DNA of 64,000 nt, from assembly GCA_963737655.1 (NCBI GenBank), contig CAVTTN010000002.1:5440001-5504000 (forward strand), read 5' to 3'. The stretch's first letter is position 1. Every line of letters starts with the position of its first letter. The notes below the pieces were generated by a model. It had not been told where the DNA came from, made no database searches, and saw only the letters and a list, made by a program, of their open reading frames with translations. Positions 62,041-64,000 of this stretch are shown one piece after another. The translations under genes and the position numbers were made by a program. This DNA comes from an uncultured Planctomycetota bacterium. GTDB taxonomy: Bacteria > Planctomycetota > Planctomycetia > Isosphaerales > Isosphaeraceae.

Positions 62041-63384
62041 ATGAGCGTCGCGATTCGAAGAGGAGTCGGGGCCCCGATCGGGCTGGGGGCCGCCGTCCTG
62101 GCCCTCGTCCTGCCCGGCTGCGGCCACCACGCCGAGAAGAAGGCCACGGCCGAGACCGCCGTCCGACCCGTGTCGGTCACGGCCGCCGAGCTGGTCCGCA
62201 AGGACGTGGACCGCACCGTGGACGTCGTCGGCACGCTCAAGGGGATGGACGAGGTCACGGTCGGCTCGAAACGGGCCGGGCGCGTCCTCAAGGTCCTGCA
62301 CGACGTCGGCGACCGCGTCCCCCCGGGCGAGCCCCTGGTCGAGCTCGACCCGATCGACGCCGGGCTCGCCTATCAGCAGGCCGAGACCCGCTACCTGAGC
62401 GAGCTCGCCAAGCTCGGCGTGACCCGCAAGCAGGCCGAGGATTTCCTCGCCAAGTTCGGCATCGGCGAGAGCATCCTGATGGGCGAGGAAGTCGATCGCC
62501 GGATCCGCGAGGTCCCGGCCGTCCACCAGGCGAAGGTGGCCGTGGACCGCGCCGGCCAGAACCTCGGCCGCCAGAGGCTGCTCCGGGCCCGAGACGCCGG
62601 GACCGCCCAGGAGCTCCAGAACGCCGAGAACGACGCCGAGGCGGCGCAGGCCGCCTTCGACAATGCCATCATCACCGCCCGCTCCGTCCTGGCCGCCGCC
62701 CTGGCGAGCAAGGTCGCGCTGGACGTCGCCGACCAGGCCCGCAAGGACCTGATCATCCGCGCCCCGGTCCCCTCGTACCTGACCCCCGGCTCGACCGGCG
62801 GGATCGTCTTCGCCGTGACCAGGAAGTCCGTCTCCGAGGGGCAGATGCTCCGCGACGGCGACGCCGTGGCCGACCTCGTGATCGAGGACCCGCTGAGGCT
62901 CTGGGCCAACGTCCCGTCGCGGTACTCGGCCGACGTGAAGGTGGGCCAGCCGGTGCAGATCCTGGTGGACTCCCTGATGGACGAGCAGGGCCAGCCGATC
63001 CCGAAGGTCGGGCAGGTCAAGAGGATCAACCCCTCGGTCGATCCGGTCAGCCGGACGTTCCACGTCGAGATCGAGGTCCCGAATCCCGAGGGCAAGCTCC
63101 GCCCCGGGACGTTCGCCAAGGCGGCCATCCGCACCCGCCACGACGTCCAGGCCGTGGTCGTCCCGACCGAGGCGGTCGTCCGGTTCGCCGGGGTCACCAA
63201 GGTCTTCGTCGTCGACGGCAAGGCGGCCAAGGCCGTCCCCGTGACGACCGGCCTGGAAGGCAAGGACTGGGTCGAGGTCCTCGGCGACCTGCCCACCGAA
63301 GGCCGGGTCGTCACCAGCGGCCAGGCCATGCTCGCCGACGGCACGCCGATCGTCATCCGGGAGCAGGAGAGCAAGAAGGAGTAG
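62041..63384 (+). CDS. RND efflux periplasmic adaptor subunit (lipoprotein)
   Basis: Lipobox LPGC; DVGDRV, IRAP, RINPSVDPVSRT, LRPG and VPTEAV motifs. Confidence 0.92.
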   Translation: MSVAIRRGVGAPIGLGAAVLALVLPGCGHHAEKKATAETAVRPVSVTAAELVRKDVDRTVDVVGTLKGMDEVTVGSKRAGRVLKVLHDVGDRVPPGEPLVELDPIDAGLAYQQAETRYLSELAKLGVTRKQAEDFLAKFGIGESILMGEEVDRRIREVPAVHQAKVAVDRAGQNLGRQRLLRARDAGTAQELQNAENDAEAAQAAFDNAIITARSVLAAALASKVALDVADQARKDLIIRAPVPSYLTPGSTGGIVFAVTRKSVSEGQMLRDGDAVADLVIEDPLRLWANVPSRYSADVKVGQPVQILVDSLMDEQGQPIPKVGQVKRINPSVDPVSRTFHVEIEVPNPEGKLRPGTFAKAAIRTRHDVQAVVVPTEAVVRFAGVTKVFVVDGKAAKAVPVTTGLEGKDWVEVLGDLPTEGRVVTSGQAMLADGTPIVIREQESKKE

Positions 63385-63563
63385 GGTGCATGAAATGCAC
63401 CAACCACGCCGCGGCCGACGGGCCGCCCGCCGCCTCGAATTCGAAGGCCGATCGCAACACCTCAACAAGGCCGGGACCACGGGACACGGGAGGCGGGCTT
63501 CGCCCGCCGCCGGTTTGGTGCATTTCATGCACCCTCCATGACGGTGCATTTCATGCACCCTAC
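63381..63563. repeat. REP family 1 REPIN-like element with an extra tandem arm
   Basis: Inverted arms plus a third copy after atgac; lies between the adaptor and permease genes. Confidence 0.92.
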
Positions 63564-63572
63564 AGGTGATCC

Positions 63573-64000
63573 ATGACCATCTCCGAAGTCTGCATTCGTC
63601 GGCCGGTGTTCACCTGGGTCCTCGTGATGATCCCGGTGGTCCTCGGGATCGTGGCGTACAACTCCCTGGGCGTGGACCTGTTCCCGAACGTGGACTTCCC
63701 GGTCTGCACGGTCGTGACGGTCCTGCCCGGCGCGGGCGTGGAGGAGGTCGAGTCCTCCGTGACCAAGCCCCTGGAGGACATCATCAACACCGTCGGCGGG
63801 ATCGAGGAGCTCCGCTCGACCACCAGCGAGGGGATCTCGACGATCACCGTCCAGTTCCTGCTGTCGAAGAACGGCGACGTGGGGACCCAGGAGGTCCGCG
63901 ACAAGGTCACGTCCATCCTCTCGACCCTCCCCGAGGGGACCGAGACGCCGATCATCAACAAGTTCGACACCGACGCCATGCCCGTGGCCACGATCGCCGT
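63573..64000 (+). CDS. RND efflux permease (AcrB/AcrD/AcrF family), 3'-truncated by window edge
   Basis: MTISEVCIRRPVFT...LGVDLFPNVDFP...PGA..EEVE..VTKPLE. Confidence 0.92.
   Translation, partial: MTISEVCIRRPVFTWVLVMIPVVLGIVAYNSLGVDLFPNVDFPVCTVVTVLPGAGVEEVESSVTKPLEDIINTVGGIEELRSTTSEGISTITVQFLLSKNGDVGTQEVRDKVTSILSTLPEGTETPIINKFDTDAMPVATIA

Noticed and set aside
20151..63563. GGTGCATGAAATGCACC repeats as a CRISPR array
   Set aside because: The copies are dispersed and inverted rather than tandem with unique equal-length spacers, and there are no cas genes.

Overview
A GC-rich bacterial chromosomal window. The gene content (DUF1501, DWG-type Ser/Thr kinases, Tat-type Gfo/Idh/MocA proteins, PEP-CTERM, Uma2, short PheT) suggests Planctomycetota, possibly Isosphaeraceae-like; this is inference. 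About 13 genes, including glmS, carry single frameshifts, mostly in or near G/C runs, so they are treated as uncorrected long-read errors rather than pseudogenes. Main contents: (1) pheS and pheT separated by three genes. (2) A stress-type cluster at 7.5-14 kb with a sigma-54 activator, a degenerate sensorless kinase and three well-spaced -24/-12 promoters. (3) A lower-GC KAP-family NTPase. (4) An HxlR regulator divergent from a QueG-like 4Fe-4S/SCP2 fusion. (5) A duplicated esterase 3' end bracketing about 2 kb of cargo. (6) A VapC pair, yhhQ, glmS, TPR proteins and a MarR-MFS-RND efflux operon. (7) At least five REP/REPIN-like palindrome families; one supplies the TAG stop of five genes and one sits in frame inside a gene. 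The best candidate for an undescribed system is at 40.3-49.0 kb, directly after glmS. It has two tandem modules, each made of small signal-peptide-less IPT/TIG (Ig-like) genes converging on a membrane Ser/Thr kinase-TPR gene. The kinase cores are nearly identical in DNA, while the TPR regions and the Ig-like partners are highly diverged. No rRNA, tRNA, CRISPR array, integrase or transposase was recognised.
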